Assembly (NCBI GenBank): GCA_947477885.1
Contig: CANJUD010000001.1
Span: forward strand, 108,632 to 172,631
Length of the DNA: 64,000 bases
Origin: Bacteroidota bacterium
GTDB taxonomy: Bacteria; Bacteroidota; Bacteroidia; UKL13-3
Reading direction: 5' to 3'
Part shown: positions 40,515-51,701 of the stretch, piece by piece
Numbering within the stretch: position 1 is the first letter of the stretch
How the letters are laid out: every line of letters starts with the position of its first letter
Program-made: the position numbers and the translations under genes
Notes under the pieces: generated by a model
Databases searched by the model: none
The model's input: only the letters and a program-made list of their open reading frames with translations
What the model was told of the DNA's origin: nothing

Positions 40515-41569
40515 AACTCCAAATCTTCTCTTACAAATTGCAATTTATAAAACCTGCCACTACCAGTAGAGGTAGTTTGGATTTTCATCAAGTATATTAT
40601 ATACAAATTTCGGATGGCGTAAATGTTGGTATTGGCGAAGCTGCTCCGCTCAAGGGTTTGAGCACGGATTATAATACAATCAAAGAAGGATTAAAAATAC
40701 TTGAAGAACATTATAATGACGGTGTTCCCATTTTAGATATTCCGTTAGATGACTTCCCTTCTGTAAAGTTTGCTTTTGAAACTGCATTGAATGATTATAA
40801 TAATAGCGGGAAACATATTATATATGATACCCCTTTTACCTCCTCAAATAAACCCATAGAAACAAATGGACTAGTTTGGATGGGTGACAGTAAAACCATG
40901 TTGGACGAGGCTTTGAAGAAAATAGAAGAGGGATTTACCACCATTAAATTCAAAGTAGGTTCTCTAGATTTTGATGAAGAATGCAGAATGATTGAGCAAC
41001 TGCGAAAGTATTATAATAGTTGGAAAATAACGATTCGATTAGATGCCAATGGGGCTTTTGCACATACGGATGCACTGGAAAAATTAAGAGAATTAAAACG
41101 ATTTGATATACATAGTATAGAGCAACCTATTAAAGCGGGGCGATGGGATTTGATGGAAGAATTGGTAAGCAAAACACCTATTGATATTGCCTTAGATGAA
41201 GAATTAATCGGTATACATGTATATAATAGTGGTGAGCTGATGCTTAAGAAAATCAAACAGCATTATATTATTTTAAAACCAACTTTATTGGGTGGATTTG
41301 CAAATAGTGACCAATGGATAAAACTAGCAGAGAAATACTGCAAAGGTTGGTGGGCCACCTCTGCATTAGAATCAAATATTGGACTGAATGCGATTGCACA
41401 GTGGGCCAGTAAATACAAAAATCCCATGCCACAAGGTTTGGGCACGGGACTTTTATATACTAATAATCTTTTATCGCCACTTCAATTGCAGGATGGATAT
41501 TTATTATATAATACATCTCGCAAGTGGGCCGATTTAGAAACGCTCGAAGCTATTGAAAAAGAAGCTTGA
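40511..41569 (+). CDS. menC: o-succinylbenzoate synthase
   Basis: Enolase superfamily: [51 protein letters not shown]. Confidence 0.9.
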   Translation: MKLQIFSYKLQFIKPATTSRGSLDFHQVYYIQISDGVNVGIGEAAPLKGLSTDYNTIKEGLKILEEHYNDGVPILDIPLDDFPSVKFAFETALNDYNNSGKHIIYDTPFTSSNKPIETNGLVWMGDSKTMLDEALKKIEEGFTTIKFKVGSLDFDEECRMIEQLRKYYNSWKITIRLDANGAFAHTDALEKLRELKRFDIHSIEQPIKAGRWDLMEELVSKTPIDIALDEELIGIHVYNSGELMLKKIKQHYIILKPTLLGGFANSDQWIKLAEKYCKGWWATSALESNIGLNAIAQWASKYKNPMPQGLGTGLLYTNNLLSPLQLQDGYLLYNTSRKWADLETLEAIEKEA

Positions 41570-41953
41570 TTCGATAGCAGCATTTTCGTCGCTATCACTA
41601 CCGTGAACTGCGTTTGCGTCAATCGATTTTGCATATAATTGACGGATGGTTCCGGCATCAGCTTTTTGAGGGTCGGTAGCACCAATGGTGATACGGAAAT
41701 CAGCAACAGCGTTTACTTTTTCTAATACCGCGGCCACAATAGGACCACTGCACATAAAGCTAACTAAATCGTTGTAGAAAGGACGCTCGCTATGCACAGA
41801 ATAGAATTGGCCAGCTTGTTCTTTGGTTAGCCAAAGATACTTCATGGCTTTGATTTTGTAACCAGCATTGATAATGTGGTCAATAATTTTTCCGGTGTAG
41901 CCGTTGCTTACTGCATCAGGCTTAATCATGGTAAATGTGATGTTATCGCTCAT
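41534..41953 (-). CDS. ndk: Nucleoside-diphosphate kinase (start trimmed to MSDNITF)
   Basis: [18 protein letters not shown]. Confidence 0.97.
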   Translation of the reverse strand: MSDNITFTMIKPDAVSNGYTGKIIDHIINAGYKIKAMKYLWLTKEQAGQFYSVHSERPFYNDLVSFMCSGPIVAAVLEKVNAVADFRITIGATDPQKADAGTIRQLYAKSIDANAVHGSDSDENAAIESSFFFNSFERF

Positions 41954-42029
41954 TGTATATATTATAGTTTTTCTGTGTGCAAAAGTAGTCAATATCAGGC
42001 AAAAACCCTTGGCTGGCCGCAAAATTTGT

Positions 42030-42839
42030 TTATAGTTTGCCGTATTTTACTTTGCGTTTGAAAGCTAAGAAGTTTTCGTCTCCCCTGATGTCTAAGCGTT
42101 TTATCAGATATTTAGGTTTAGGCTTCAAGGGATTTATTTTGTTACCTATACGAAAAGCAGCTTTTATTTTTCTCGATTTCATAATACTTTTCATCAATCC
42201 AAAAGTTTTTTCATGTCGAGGAAAAGCACCGTAGGGATAGGCTAAAAATGGTATATACTTTATATATAAACTTTCAAGTGTTCTTTCTGCTGAGGTTATA
42301 TCATCTTCTACCACATTCAGCATGGATGCTCCATAGTTGATATGCTTATGGCAATGTATGGCTAGTTCGATATTGGTTGGCAACGACTTAAGAGTGTCTG
42401 CATTCATCAATGGTTCTTGTCCGTGATCCCATTCATTCACACCGCCTATATATGCAGTGGGTACAAATACCATAGCAGGCATCTTGTTATTATTTAAAAC
42501 AGGTAATGCGTGGTCAACAAAATTTTGATATGCATCATCAAAAGTAATCAATACAGAATTTTCAGGCAACTTGCTTTTACTTTTAAGATGATTATATAAA
42601 TCGCTTCCTGAAATGATATGGTAATTGCTTTGTGTAAGGTAAGTCAAATGCTTTTCAAAATTTTGGGAAGACACACAAAGTCCATCATTTTGATTGGGCT
42701 TGATATGGTGGTACATCAATACCCTAAAGCCATTGCGAGCAGGCAGCAATGCAAAATAATAGCAAAGAGCGGCTATAATAATTGTAGCAAGAATAATTGG
42801 GATAATGTACGCTTCCATTTTCGTTATTTGGAGACACAA
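42030..42839 (-). CDS. Polysaccharide deacetylase (CE4/NodB)
   Basis: N-terminal TM, VLMYHHI, ITFDDAY, AIHCHKH, LAYPYG. Confidence 0.88.
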   Translation of the reverse strand: MCLQITKMEAYIIPIILATIIIAALCYYFALLPARNGFRVLMYHHIKPNQNDGLCVSSQNFEKHLTYLTQSNYHIISGSDLYNHLKSKSKLPENSVLITFDDAYQNFVDHALPVLNNNKMPAMVFVPTAYIGGVNEWDHGQEPLMNADTLKSLPTNIELAIHCHKHINYGASMLNVVEDDITSAERTLESLYIKYIPFLAYPYGAFPRHEKTFGLMKSIMKSRKIKAAFRIGNKINPLKPKPKYLIKRLDIRGDENFLAFKRKVKYGKL

Positions 42840-42866
42840 AGAACAATGATTTTTGTGAACTATTTG

Positions 42867-43463
42867 TTACTTACATCTTGCTGTTTTGTCGGGGTCGGGT
42901 ATTGCGCCAAACCACACCACTGCATAGTTATCATATATAGAAATACCAATTGCCTGCCACTTCATAGCTTTCCAAATCCCTTTATTCAGTATTACTTCGT
43001 TATGCCCTTTGTTTTTTTGCCAAGCTGTCAAGGCAATTTCGGGAGTCATTCCAGCTGAATAAAAGGTGGCGATCTCAAATCCATCACTTCTATAGTTAGT
43101 CATTTCGCGGGGCTTGTCCCACATGCAACTTGCTTTTTTATGGTCGGCCGTATAGCAGCAACTGGACCAGATTCCATTCTCACTCCAACTATGCAAATTG
43201 CAAGGAGGTCTGTTTGGGTTGAACATTTTCAAATCAAGCGTATGGCTCAATGCAACATAACATAAAGAGTTAGATAACGAAATCGTATCTAATCCAAAAC
43301 TGTCGCGGTAATCCATAATCAGTTTATATAATACACTGTCAGCAGCTGATGGGCAATAGCTGGTTTCCGCGGGCTTTGATTTGTCTATTTTGAAATTGGC
43401 AAACAACATCACCATCCCGATGAGGGAAGCAAAAATAAATATATATTTTAGGCGTTTAATCAA
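42867..43463 (-). CDS. CAP/SCP domain protein
   Basis: YRDSFGL, VALSHTLDL, GFEIA, WQKNKGHNEVILN, AVVWFG. Confidence 0.8.
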   Translation of the reverse strand: MIKRLKYIFIFASLIGMVMLFANFKIDKSKPAETSYCPSAADSVLYKLIMDYRDSFGLDTISLSNSLCYVALSHTLDLKMFNPNRPPCNLHSWSENGIWSSCCYTADHKKASCMWDKPREMTNYRSDGFEIATFYSAGMTPEIALTAWQKNKGHNEVILNKGIWKAMKWQAIGISIYDNYAVVWFGAIPDPDKTARCK

Positions 43464-45139
43464 AATTTTAAGTTCTTATATTGGTCAAATATTGTTATAT
43501 AGTTTTCAGTAGAAAAAATAATTTCTGCAACATATATTTTTTTAAAATTGCGGCTAAAAAAGGTATTTATTTCAGAAATATTGATGAGTCGCACATAATC
43601 AATCTCAAAATGTTTTGCCAAGTATTCAAAAGTCAGGCCATGTTTGTTGGTGAAGTATTTTTCAATAGGCATATTATCTGTGGGGCCATCAATCAGTTTA
43701 AAAATATTACCTCCATGGTTATTTAAAATCAGGATGGTCAAATTATCAGGGACATCATTATTGAAGAGCGCATTATTGTCATATTGAAAAGCCATGTCGC
43801 CTGTAATCAAATAATGATGTTTATCGGGTTGTGCAATGGCCATACCTATAGCTGTCGAGGTGCAGCCGTCAATGCCGCTTGTGCCGCGGTTGCAATATAT
43901 ATCCAAATTATTATTATTTCCTATGATATTTGCCCATCTCACGGCCATACTATTTGCTAGATGAAGAACAGATCCGGAAGGAATGTTATCTATAATAGTT
44001 TTTACTGCACTGAGTTCATGAAAAGATATACTTTCTATAAATTTTTCAAATGTTTCTATTCCTTTTTTGTTGTGATTTTGCCATGTATTATAATAATTAT
44101 GTTGCTCAGTGTTCAAATCAAAACTGTCTTTATCTAAAAACTCATTTGTTATCCTATTTTCAGTAGGAACACCAAAGAAATCAAGCCCCACTGCAAAGTG
44201 ACTGATATGCCAATGATGTGGAACATTTGCAGTATGAATATAGTTTTTAAGAACTTTTGAAGTATAATTCCCTCCAATAGTAATAATTAAATCAGGGGCA
44301 AATAAGTTAGTATCATATATATTTCTAATGAGCAAATCACTATGAACCAAATCAGTATTTATATTGCTTGTGATATCAGCAATTATGGGTATTTGGTGAT
44401 GTTTCGCAAATTGATTTACTTGTTCGCTACTATAATACTTTCCTGAGTCGAATCCACAGATGATAAGTTTTTTTTGGGTGTTATTCCAGATGTTTTTTAA
44501 GTGAGCCTGCCGCTCAATATCTAGCGTATGAGAAGGCTTGAGCACTTTTTTGTTTTGGGTTTGTTCAACACTATCATAGATAAAAGGATAGTGTTTGGGA
44601 TAGAATGGCTCTTTGAAAGGGAAATTAATATGTAGGGGTCCAGGTTTATCTGCAGCTAGTATTTTAAATGCTTCATGTATATTATAGTGAAATATTGCAG
44701 GATCAGAAATATTTATAGACATTTGGAAAAATCCTTTTACATGTTTGCCAAATATATATTCTTGCTGAATAGCTTGCCCATCGAAGTACTCGGTAGCATT
44801 GGGTTCTCTGTCTGCGGTAAAAATAAGTAAAGGGATATTTTGATAAAAAGCTTCTACCACTGCGGGGTATAAATTTGCTACCGCACTGCCTGATGTGGTT
44901 ACAATTATTACGGGTTTTTGGGTAGCTTTCGCAATGCCCAATGCAATGAATCCAGCCGAGCGTTCATCGCTGGCAGCAATACATTGAATTTGATCATATC
45001 CACTCAAGCTTAAAGTAAGCGGAGCCGAACGCGAACCTCCGCACAAAATGGCAAAATCAATACCTTCGTTTTTACACCATACAGGTAGTTTGTTCAGTAA
45101 TTCATAATCCATTGGTTTGCAAAAATAATACTTCAACAT
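43460..45139 (-). CDS. menD: SEPHCHC synthase (menaquinone biosynthesis)
   Basis: GGSRSAPL, DERSAGFIALG, TSGSAVAN, NRGTSGIDG, GDMAFQYD, NNHGGNIF. Confidence 0.95.
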   Translation of the reverse strand: MLKYYFCKPMDYELLNKLPVWCKNEGIDFAILCGGSRSAPLTLSLSGYDQIQCIAASDERSAGFIALGIAKATQKPVIIVTTSGSAVANLYPAVVEAFYQNIPLLIFTADREPNATEYFDGQAIQQEYIFGKHVKGFFQMSINISDPAIFHYNIHEAFKILAADKPGPLHINFPFKEPFYPKHYPFIYDSVEQTQNKKVLKPSHTLDIERQAHLKNIWNNTQKKLIICGFDSGKYYSSEQVNQFAKHHQIPIIADITSNINTDLVHSDLLIRNIYDTNLFAPDLIITIGGNYTSKVLKNYIHTANVPHHWHISHFAVGLDFFGVPTENRITNEFLDKDSFDLNTEQHNYYNTWQNHNKKGIETFEKFIESISFHELSAVKTIIDNIPSGSVLHLANSMAVRWANIIGNNNNLDIYCNRGTSGIDGCTSTAIGMAIAQPDKHHYLITGDMAFQYDNNALFNNDVPDNLTILILNNHGGNIFKLIDGPTDNMPIEKYFTNKHGLTFEYLAKHFEIDYVRLINISEINTFFSRNFKKIYVAEIIFSTENYITIFDQYKNLKF

Positions 45140-45195
45140 GTAGAATATTTTTTTATCTTTTAAAACATTTTGTGCAATATTGTAGTTGAAGTATT

Positions 45196-45603
45196 ATGGA
45201 AGATGAAACACCAATACCAAATCAATCCCTATCCCCTATCCCCTTGCATGTGGGTTCGGCTTTGATAAATCCAGAAGACAAAGGTAAAATCACCTCAGTG
45301 GCTTTAGAGGCGATGAACCATTATGCAAATCAAGAAATTGATTTATTGAGGCAGCAAGCCGAGCTGATTATGAAACAGGTGCATCTGATTGAGGAACGGG
45401 TGGAAATATCGCATCAAATATATCAAGCCGAAATGCGTTTCACTCCGAAAATAATGGGCGTGTATCACCTGTATGAAACAGATGAAGGTGTAAAATTGTT
45501 AAGCATGGTGGGGCCCAATGAATGGGGCAAAAACTTCCCTTACAAAAAACATTTAGCTCAAGTAAAGCTATTGGGCGACCATACCTGGGAAGTGATTAAA
45601 TGA
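45196..45603 (+). CDS. DUF2452 family protein
   Basis: LRQQAELIMKQ, YQAEMRFTP, GVYHLYE, LSMVGPNEW, DHTW. Confidence 0.75.
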   Translation: MEDETPIPNQSLSPIPLHVGSALINPEDKGKITSVALEAMNHYANQEIDLLRQQAELIMKQVHLIEERVEISHQIYQAEMRFTPKIMGVYHLYETDEGVKLLSMVGPNEWGKNFPYKKHLAQVKLLGDHTWEVIK

Positions 45604-45719
45604 AAAGTTGAAAGTGAAATACTAAATGGTGGCATAAAGCTACTTTACGCTTATAAAATTAATTTGCTTGCTGATTTTGATTTATCCTTTGTATATTTGA
45701 CTTCTATTTTATCCTAAGC

Positions 45720-46460
45720 ATGAAGCAATATTTATGTATATTTTTTGTTTGTTTTATTATTTGCAATACTGCAAAGGCTGAGGTCACAAGGTTTCCCTGC
45801 GAAGTGCAGGATTTGGCTCAGTACAGTTCTATCTTTTATTTAAAGCAAGGAACAGTGATAGAAACTTGTCCCAATATTATCAAAAAGAAAATAAAAATTC
45901 GTGTACGAGCATGGTTTGTGGATAGTATGGCCAATGACGAAACTGTTAAAGCCAATGCAAAATTTTACGACAGCAGTGGAAATGAAATTGGTATAACATT
46001 CCAGGTTATTTCGCCTGAAAGGTTTACCCGAAACGATAGCAACGGACTAATTATGATAGAGCTTTTTGGGTTCATAAATGATTTTGTGGTCTTGAATGAG
46101 AGCACAATAGAGTTTAAACTCACCACATTTCTGAACAAACAAAAGAAAGAATATATATATAAAGATCTACAAAAACATATTTTAGAGAATAATTATCATA
46201 AATGGAATATTGACACCAATTATATATCTTATGCAATTGATGAATACCCTGTAGATGTGATACACCCCGGCAAACGCATGGTATTAATTTTTGTAAAAGA
46301 CGAACTTGCGGCTATCATATATTCACGAAATCTGAAAATTAAATATTACGAATCGCAGGCTGAATCGAAACCGTATAAAATATATTATCTGAAAAAGATG
46401 CGGGATGACGACAAGCGGAAAATTGCCGGCGTCTTTTTCAAGCAAGTGCGGGGGAAGTAG
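45720..46460 (+). CDS. Secreted hypothetical protein
   Basis: Signal peptide (YLCIFFVCFIICNTAKA); 246-aa ORF; no family recognised. Confidence 0.65.
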   Translation: MKQYLCIFFVCFIICNTAKAEVTRFPCEVQDLAQYSSIFYLKQGTVIETCPNIIKKKIKIRVRAWFVDSMANDETVKANAKFYDSSGNEIGITFQVISPERFTRNDSNGLIMIELFGFINDFVVLNESTIEFKLTTFLNKQKKEYIYKDLQKHILENNYHKWNIDTNYISYAIDEYPVDVIHPGKRMVLIFVKDELAAIIYSRNLKIKYYESQAESKPYKIYYLKKMRDDDKRKIAGVFFKQVRGK

Positions 46461-46548
46461 CACAGAAATAGATTTCTTCTTAACTTTTATGGTCTCTCCG
46501 ATACAAAATCGTAAATTTGCACCTTTATTTATTTAGAACAACCAAACT

Positions 46549-47622
46549 ATGCTAGAAAAACTGGAAGCTATTGCACAGCGTCGCCAAGAGGTAGAGGGCC
46601 TTTTGGGAGAGCCAGGTGTAATGTCGGACATGAAACGTTTTGCCCAGTTGAACAAGGAGTACCGCAGCCTAGAAAAGTTTGTAACAGCCTATCATGAGTA
46701 CAAAAACTTGATAGATAATATCGAAAGCAGCAAACAAATTCTAGCCACAGAAAAAGATCAAGATTTTCGTGATATGGCCAAAGCTGAACTGGAAGAACTT
46801 GAGGCCAAGCGTGTCCCATTGGAAGAAAAAGTTCGCGACATGCTAATCCCCGAAGATCCAACCGACGAGAAAAATGCGATTGTAGAAATACGTGCAGGAA
46901 CAGGCGGTGATGAAGCTTGTATATTCGTAGGCGACTTACTGCGTATGTACTTACGATACTGCGATACTGTAGGATTTAAAGCGGAAGTAATGGATACCAA
47001 CTATGGTTCATCGGGTGGCTATAGCAAAGTTACTTTTGAGGTAACTGGCGACCATGCTTATGGTACCATGAAATATGAATCGGGTGTGCACCGTGTGCAG
47101 CGTGTACCAGCTACAGAAACACAGGGACGTATACATACATCTGCTGTAAGTGTGGTAGTGCTTCCCGAGGTGGATGATATAGATGTTGATATAAAAGAAG
47201 CCGATATCAGGAAAGATACATTTTGCTCTTCAGGTCCGGGCGGACAGAGTGTGAACACCACATATTCTGCTATTCGTTTAACACATATACCAACAGGAAT
47301 TGTAGCTCAATGTCAGGATGAAAAATCGCAGATTAAAAACTATGAGAAAGCATTGAAAGTTTTGCGTGCAAGAATATATGAAGTAGAATATGCAAAATGG
47401 CTAGAGGAAATTTCCAAAAAACGCAAAACCATGGTATCTACTGGCGACCGCAGTGCAAAAATTAGAACCTATAATTATCCGCAAGGTCGTGTTACCGATC
47501 ATAGAATTGGTTATACCATGTATAATCTTCCTTCATTTGTAGATGGAAATATTACAGAAGTTTTAGATGAATTGCAGGTACATGAAAATGCAGAGAAATT
47601 AAAAGAAGGTGTTGTGGCGTAA
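46549..47622 (+). CDS. prfA: Peptide chain release factor 1
   Basis: EIRAGTGGDEA, HRVQRVPATETQGRIHTS (PxT), SGPGGQSVN, RTYNYPQGRVTDHRI. Confidence 0.98.
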   Translation: MLEKLEAIAQRRQEVEGLLGEPGVMSDMKRFAQLNKEYRSLEKFVTAYHEYKNLIDNIESSKQILATEKDQDFRDMAKAELEELEAKRVPLEEKVRDMLIPEDPTDEKNAIVEIRAGTGGDEACIFVGDLLRMYLRYCDTVGFKAEVMDTNYGSSGGYSKVTFEVTGDHAYGTMKYESGVHRVQRVPATETQGRIHTSAVSVVVLPEVDDIDVDIKEADIRKDTFCSSGPGGQSVNTTYSAIRLTHIPTGIVAQCQDEKSQIKNYEKALKVLRARIYEVEYAKWLEEISKKRKTMVSTGDRSAKIRTYNYPQGRVTDHRIGYTMYNLPSFVDGNITEVLDELQVHENAEKLKEGVVA

Positions 47623-47666
47623 ATATATATTAATCTAAAAAATAAAAAATTATAATATAATAAAAG

Positions 47667-48431
47667 ATGAGAACTAAAATAGTAGCAGGAAACTGGAAAA
47701 TGAACAAAAATTTCCACGAAGGATTGGAACTCACTAGCGAGATTACCGGAATGGTGAACGATGAAATTAATGGCAATGTAGAAGTGGTTTTAATTCCTAC
47801 TTATATACATTTGAATGCGATAAGCCAACTTACCCAAGGTAGCAACAAAATCAGTACTGGAGCACAGAACTGTCATATAGAAAATTCGGGTGCTTATACT
47901 GGAGAAATTTCTGCTGCGATGGTTGCCGCCGCTGGTTGCAAATATTGTTTGGCGGGCCATAGTGAGCGTCGTTTATTTAATAATGAAACCAATTCCGTAC
48001 TTGCTAAAAAAGTGGATGCTATTTTAGCGAATAATTTATCACCTATATATTGCTGCGGTGAAACATTGGAAGAACGCAATGCAGAAAAACATTTTGATAT
48101 TATAGGTTCGCAAGTGAAAGAAGGATTATTTCATTTGAACAATGAGCAAATATTAAAATGTGTAATCGCCTACGAGCCCGTGTGGGCCATAGGTACAGGC
48201 GTTACTGCAAGCACCGCACAAGCACAAGAAGTGCATGCATATATAAGAACTTCACTGACAGAAAAATATGGCATTGATATCGCCTCGCAAATTAGAATAC
48301 TATATGGCGGCAGTGTAAAACCCGATAATGCAAAAGAACTTTTTTCACAAGCAGATATTGATGGCGGATTGGTTGGCGGAGCAGCACTCCAATCTCGTAG
48401 TTTTGTTGATATTGTGAAAGGAGCCGTATAG
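47667..48431 (+). CDS. tpiA: Triosephosphate isomerase
   Basis: AGNWKMN, GHSERR, AYEPVWAIGTG, LYGGSV, LVGGA. Confidence 0.98.
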   Translation: MRTKIVAGNWKMNKNFHEGLELTSEITGMVNDEINGNVEVVLIPTYIHLNAISQLTQGSNKISTGAQNCHIENSGAYTGEISAAMVAAAGCKYCLAGHSERRLFNNETNSVLAKKVDAILANNLSPIYCCGETLEERNAEKHFDIIGSQVKEGLFHLNNEQILKCVIAYEPVWAIGTGVTASTAQAQEVHAYIRTSLTEKYGIDIASQIRILYGGSVKPDNAKELFSQADIDGGLVGGAALQSRSFVDIVKGAV

Positions 48432-48508
48432 TAAACAGTAGTCAGTAACCATTAATCAGTGGCTGACGCCAAATGATACTGACCACTGAACACTGGTTAC
48501 TAACTACT
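48430..48508. repeat. 7-mer inverted-repeat element H5 (CAGTNNN family), overlapping the tpiA stop
   Basis: agtaaa cagtagt cagtaac cattaat cagtggc ... actgacc actgaac actggtt actaact act. Confidence 0.85.
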
Positions 48509-48522
48509 AAAAAAATAAAAAT

Positions 48523-49812
48523 ATGAAATACCCAGCATTACCCCAAGAATTCTATATAGAAAACCGCAAAAAGTTTTGTGCAAAAATGTTACCCGGCTCT
48601 ATAGCCATATTCACTAGCAATGATGAAATGCCACGCAATGCAGATGCAACGCACAACTGGAAACAGAACAGTGATTTGCTTTGGCTCACGGGTATCGATC
48701 AGGAAGAGAGCATGCTCATATTGTTTCCCGATTGTCCAAATCCAGATTTTAGGGAAGTATTATATCTGCGTGAAACTAATGAAACAATAGAAACTTGGGA
48801 GGGACATAAATATACCAAAAAAGAAGCCCACGAGACTTCTGGAATAAATATTATACATTGGAATCATGTTTTCAAACAGCAATTGCACCCAGCCATTGTA
48901 TTGGCTGAAAATGTATATATGAACTTGAACGAACATGACCGTGCATCGCTGCGTGTAGCCGACCAGCAACAACGTTTGGCAAAAGATATTATGACACAAT
49001 ATCCTTTGCATAATTACCATCGTTCTGCTCCTATTATGCATCGTTTGCGTGCTGTAAAATCAAGTATAGAAGTGGAGCAACTGAAGCAAGCAATAGAAAT
49101 TGCAAACAAAGGTTTCCGCAGGCTGCTCAACTTTGTAAAACCAGGTGTGATGGAGTATGAAGTGGAGGCAGAACTTATTCATGAATATATAAGAAATGCT
49201 GGAACAGGTCATGCATTCCACCCTATTATAGCATCGGGCAGCAGTGCTTGTGTGCTTCATTATATTGAAAATAATAGGAAGTGTAAAGATGGTGATTTGT
49301 TATTGGTGGATACAGGCTGTGAATACGCAAACTATAATAGCGATCTTACACGTTGCATTCCCGTAAATGGAAAATTTAGCAAACGCCAAAAAGAAGTGTA
49401 TGAAGCAGTTTTACGTTTGCAGGAAACAGCCATGAGAATGTATTTAAAACCGGGCAACGTTTTACAACAGTATCATATAGAGTTTGGCAGGCATATATCT
49501 GAAGAATGTATAAAACTTGGGCTATTGAAAAATGAAGAAGTGGTTCGCAATCCCTTGGCATATAAGAAGTATTGTGTACATGGTATTTCACATCATTTGG
49601 GTTTGGATGTGCATGATTCAGGACTGCGTTGGGAGAAAATGGAAGTGGGGAATGTGTTCACCGTAGAGCCCGGAATTTATATAGCCGAAGAAGGAATCGG
49701 TGTGCGTATTGAAAACAATGTTTTGATAACTGAAACAGGATGTGTAGATTTGATGCCTCAAATACCCAAACAGGTAGAAGAAATAGAGCAATTAATGGCC
49801 AACAGGAAATAA
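48523..49812 (+). CDS. pepP: Xaa-Pro aminopeptidase
   Basis: LHY, LVDTGCE, SDLTR, HGISHHLGLDVHD, TVEPG, RIEN. Confidence 0.93.
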   Translation: MKYPALPQEFYIENRKKFCAKMLPGSIAIFTSNDEMPRNADATHNWKQNSDLLWLTGIDQEESMLILFPDCPNPDFREVLYLRETNETIETWEGHKYTKKEAHETSGINIIHWNHVFKQQLHPAIVLAENVYMNLNEHDRASLRVADQQQRLAKDIMTQYPLHNYHRSAPIMHRLRAVKSSIEVEQLKQAIEIANKGFRRLLNFVKPGVMEYEVEAELIHEYIRNAGTGHAFHPIIASGSSACVLHYIENNRKCKDGDLLLVDTGCEYANYNSDLTRCIPVNGKFSKRQKEVYEAVLRLQETAMRMYLKPGNVLQQYHIEFGRHISEECIKLGLLKNEEVVRNPLAYKKYCVHGISHHLGLDVHDSGLRWEKMEVGNVFTVEPGIYIAEEGIGVRIENNVLITETGCVDLMPQIPKQVEEIEQLMANRK

Positions 49813-49868
49813 TTATTATATAACCTATCGTAATAAAGGATAAACCGTATTATATATAAAAAAATATT

Positions 49869-50558
49869 ATGAAAAAGTATCTATTCATTTTTTTTATCGC
49901 CAATTTATTTATTTGCAGTAATGTGACGGCCCAACATAAAGGTTATAAATCGGCCATTGGATTTACCTTCTCGCCCGACTATGCTTACCGCTCTTTGCTA
50001 AGCACGGACTCGGCCAACAAGTTATTCAAAGAGATTCAAACTACTCCCCAAAATGCAATTATGGGTTTTACATCTGGGCTCAGTTATCGTTTTAATCTAT
50101 TGGGAACTATAGGTATTGAGACAGGTATTAGCTATACTCGTAAAGGCTGGAGTACCGACTCTGTGAATAGCCATTCTGTAATAAAAAATTTATTTAATTA
50201 TAATTATGCGGTAGTTCCAATAAAAATACGAGTAAATTTGCCTTCGGGTCGCAGATTGTTTTATATTAATGCAGGTGTGATAGGTGGTGTATTATTGGAC
50301 GCTGCAAAAACAGTTTCTACTGCATATTTTACAGGCACTCTCAATTCAAATCAAACAACCATAGAATATAAGGTGAGCAATGAAATATATTATAGCATGG
50401 TGTTCGGAATAGGATTAGATTATAGATTAATTAGTAATTTGTATTTTAAAATTGAGCCCAATTTTCAGAGAACGATGAGCGAATATTCTAAAGAAACTGT
50501 TAAAGCATTCCTCAACTCGGGCGGAATAAATTTGGGGTTGTTGTGGGGACTTAAATAA
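49869..50558 (+). CDS. Outer-membrane beta-barrel protein
   Basis: Signal peptide, alternating amphipathic strands (GIETGISYTRKG, GIGLDYRL, INLGLLW). Confidence 0.7.
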   Translation: MKKYLFIFFIANLFICSNVTAQHKGYKSAIGFTFSPDYAYRSLLSTDSANKLFKEIQTTPQNAIMGFTSGLSYRFNLLGTIGIETGISYTRKGWSTDSVNSHSVIKNLFNYNYAVVPIKIRVNLPSGRRLFYINAGVIGGVLLDAAKTVSTAYFTGTLNSNQTTIEYKVSNEIYYSMVFGIGLDYRLISNLYFKIEPNFQRTMSEYSKETVKAFLNSGGINLGLLWGLK

Positions 50559-50634
50559 TTAATGATTTAACGATTTTTGATTGAATTATTCTTTTTAAGT
50601 CACGATTTTTTTCGATGAAAGTTATATATATTAT

Positions 50635-51564
50635 ATGAAATCAATATCGGTTGTAATTCCTTCTTATAATGAACAAGACAATGTAGTACTATTGGCCACA
50701 AAAGTGTTGGAGCAGTTGGAAGGAAAATATGACTATGAATTAATTTTTGTAGATGATGGTAGCAGTGATGCTACCTTGGAGAATTTAAAAAAGCTCAATC
50801 AGCAAAACAACAGAATACATTACCTCAGTTTTTCACGAAATTTTGGTCACCAAAAAGCATTACGTTGCGGTTTGGCCTATGCAAAGGGCGATGCGGTAAT
50901 ATCAATGGATGCCGATATGCAACACCCTCCGTATATGATTCCAGAACTTATAGAAAAATGGGAAGAAGGATATGATATAGTTTATACCCAACGACTCGAC
51001 ACAAAAGAAGTAGGAATATTCAAACGCACTACTTCTTCATTTTTTTATAAGCTCACTAGCCGCTTGGCTGATATAGAAATGGAAGAAGGCACCGCCGATT
51101 TTAGATTGCTTGATAGAAAAGTTGCCAATATCATAAACCGAACGGGAGAGAGTAATTTATTTATTCGTGGGTTTATTGTTTGGATGGGTTTCAAAAAATA
51201 TAAAATACCATATAAGCCAGAAGAACGTCATTCTGGCGTTACCAAGTATACTTTTAGAAAAATGTTTTTGTTTGCTTTGAATGGAATCACTTCTTTCAGC
51301 GTAAAACCATTATATATATCTATTGTGTTGGGTTTAATAATTTCATTGTGTAGTTTTATATATGCATTGTACGCCATCTATAATTATTTTTTCAAAAGCG
51401 GTGTTGTTGATGGGTGGACTTCATTGTTGGTAAGCGTTCTATTTATTGGCGGTCTGCAACTTATTATATTGGGAATTATCGGAGAGTATCTAGGCAAACT
51501 ATTTATGCAAACCAAAAACAGGCCTGATTATATAGTGAGTGAGAGTAGCTTGAAAGAGGTATAA
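50635..51564 (+). CDS. GT2 polyprenol-phosphate glycosyltransferase (GtrB/YkoT-like)
   Basis: FVDDGSSD, SRNFGHQ, MDADMQHPP, DFRLLDR, two C-terminal TM helices, GEYLGK. Confidence 0.9.
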   Translation: MKSISVVIPSYNEQDNVVLLATKVLEQLEGKYDYELIFVDDGSSDATLENLKKLNQQNNRIHYLSFSRNFGHQKALRCGLAYAKGDAVISMDADMQHPPYMIPELIEKWEEGYDIVYTQRLDTKEVGIFKRTTSSFFYKLTSRLADIEMEEGTADFRLLDRKVANIINRTGESNLFIRGFIVWMGFKKYKIPYKPEERHSGVTKYTFRKMFLFALNGITSFSVKPLYISIVLGLIISLCSFIYALYAIYNYFFKSGVVDGWTSLLVSVLFIGGLQLIILGIIGEYLGKLFMQTKNRPDYIVSESSLKEV

Positions 51565-51700
51565 GGTATATAGTATAATGTATAAAGATGGGATTGTGTT
51601 TTTTCATTTGAATATATTTTATAGAAGCAGAATACTTTTCTCATCCAAGCAAAGGAGTAGAATCTCCTCTCCGTCTTTTGTCTTTATACTATATACTATA
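51559..51700. repeat. 7-mer inverted-repeat element H6 (GTATANN family), overlapping the GT2 stop
   Basis: gtataag gtatata gtataat gtataaa ga ... tc tttatac tatatac tata. Confidence 0.65.
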
Positions 51701-51701
51701 A

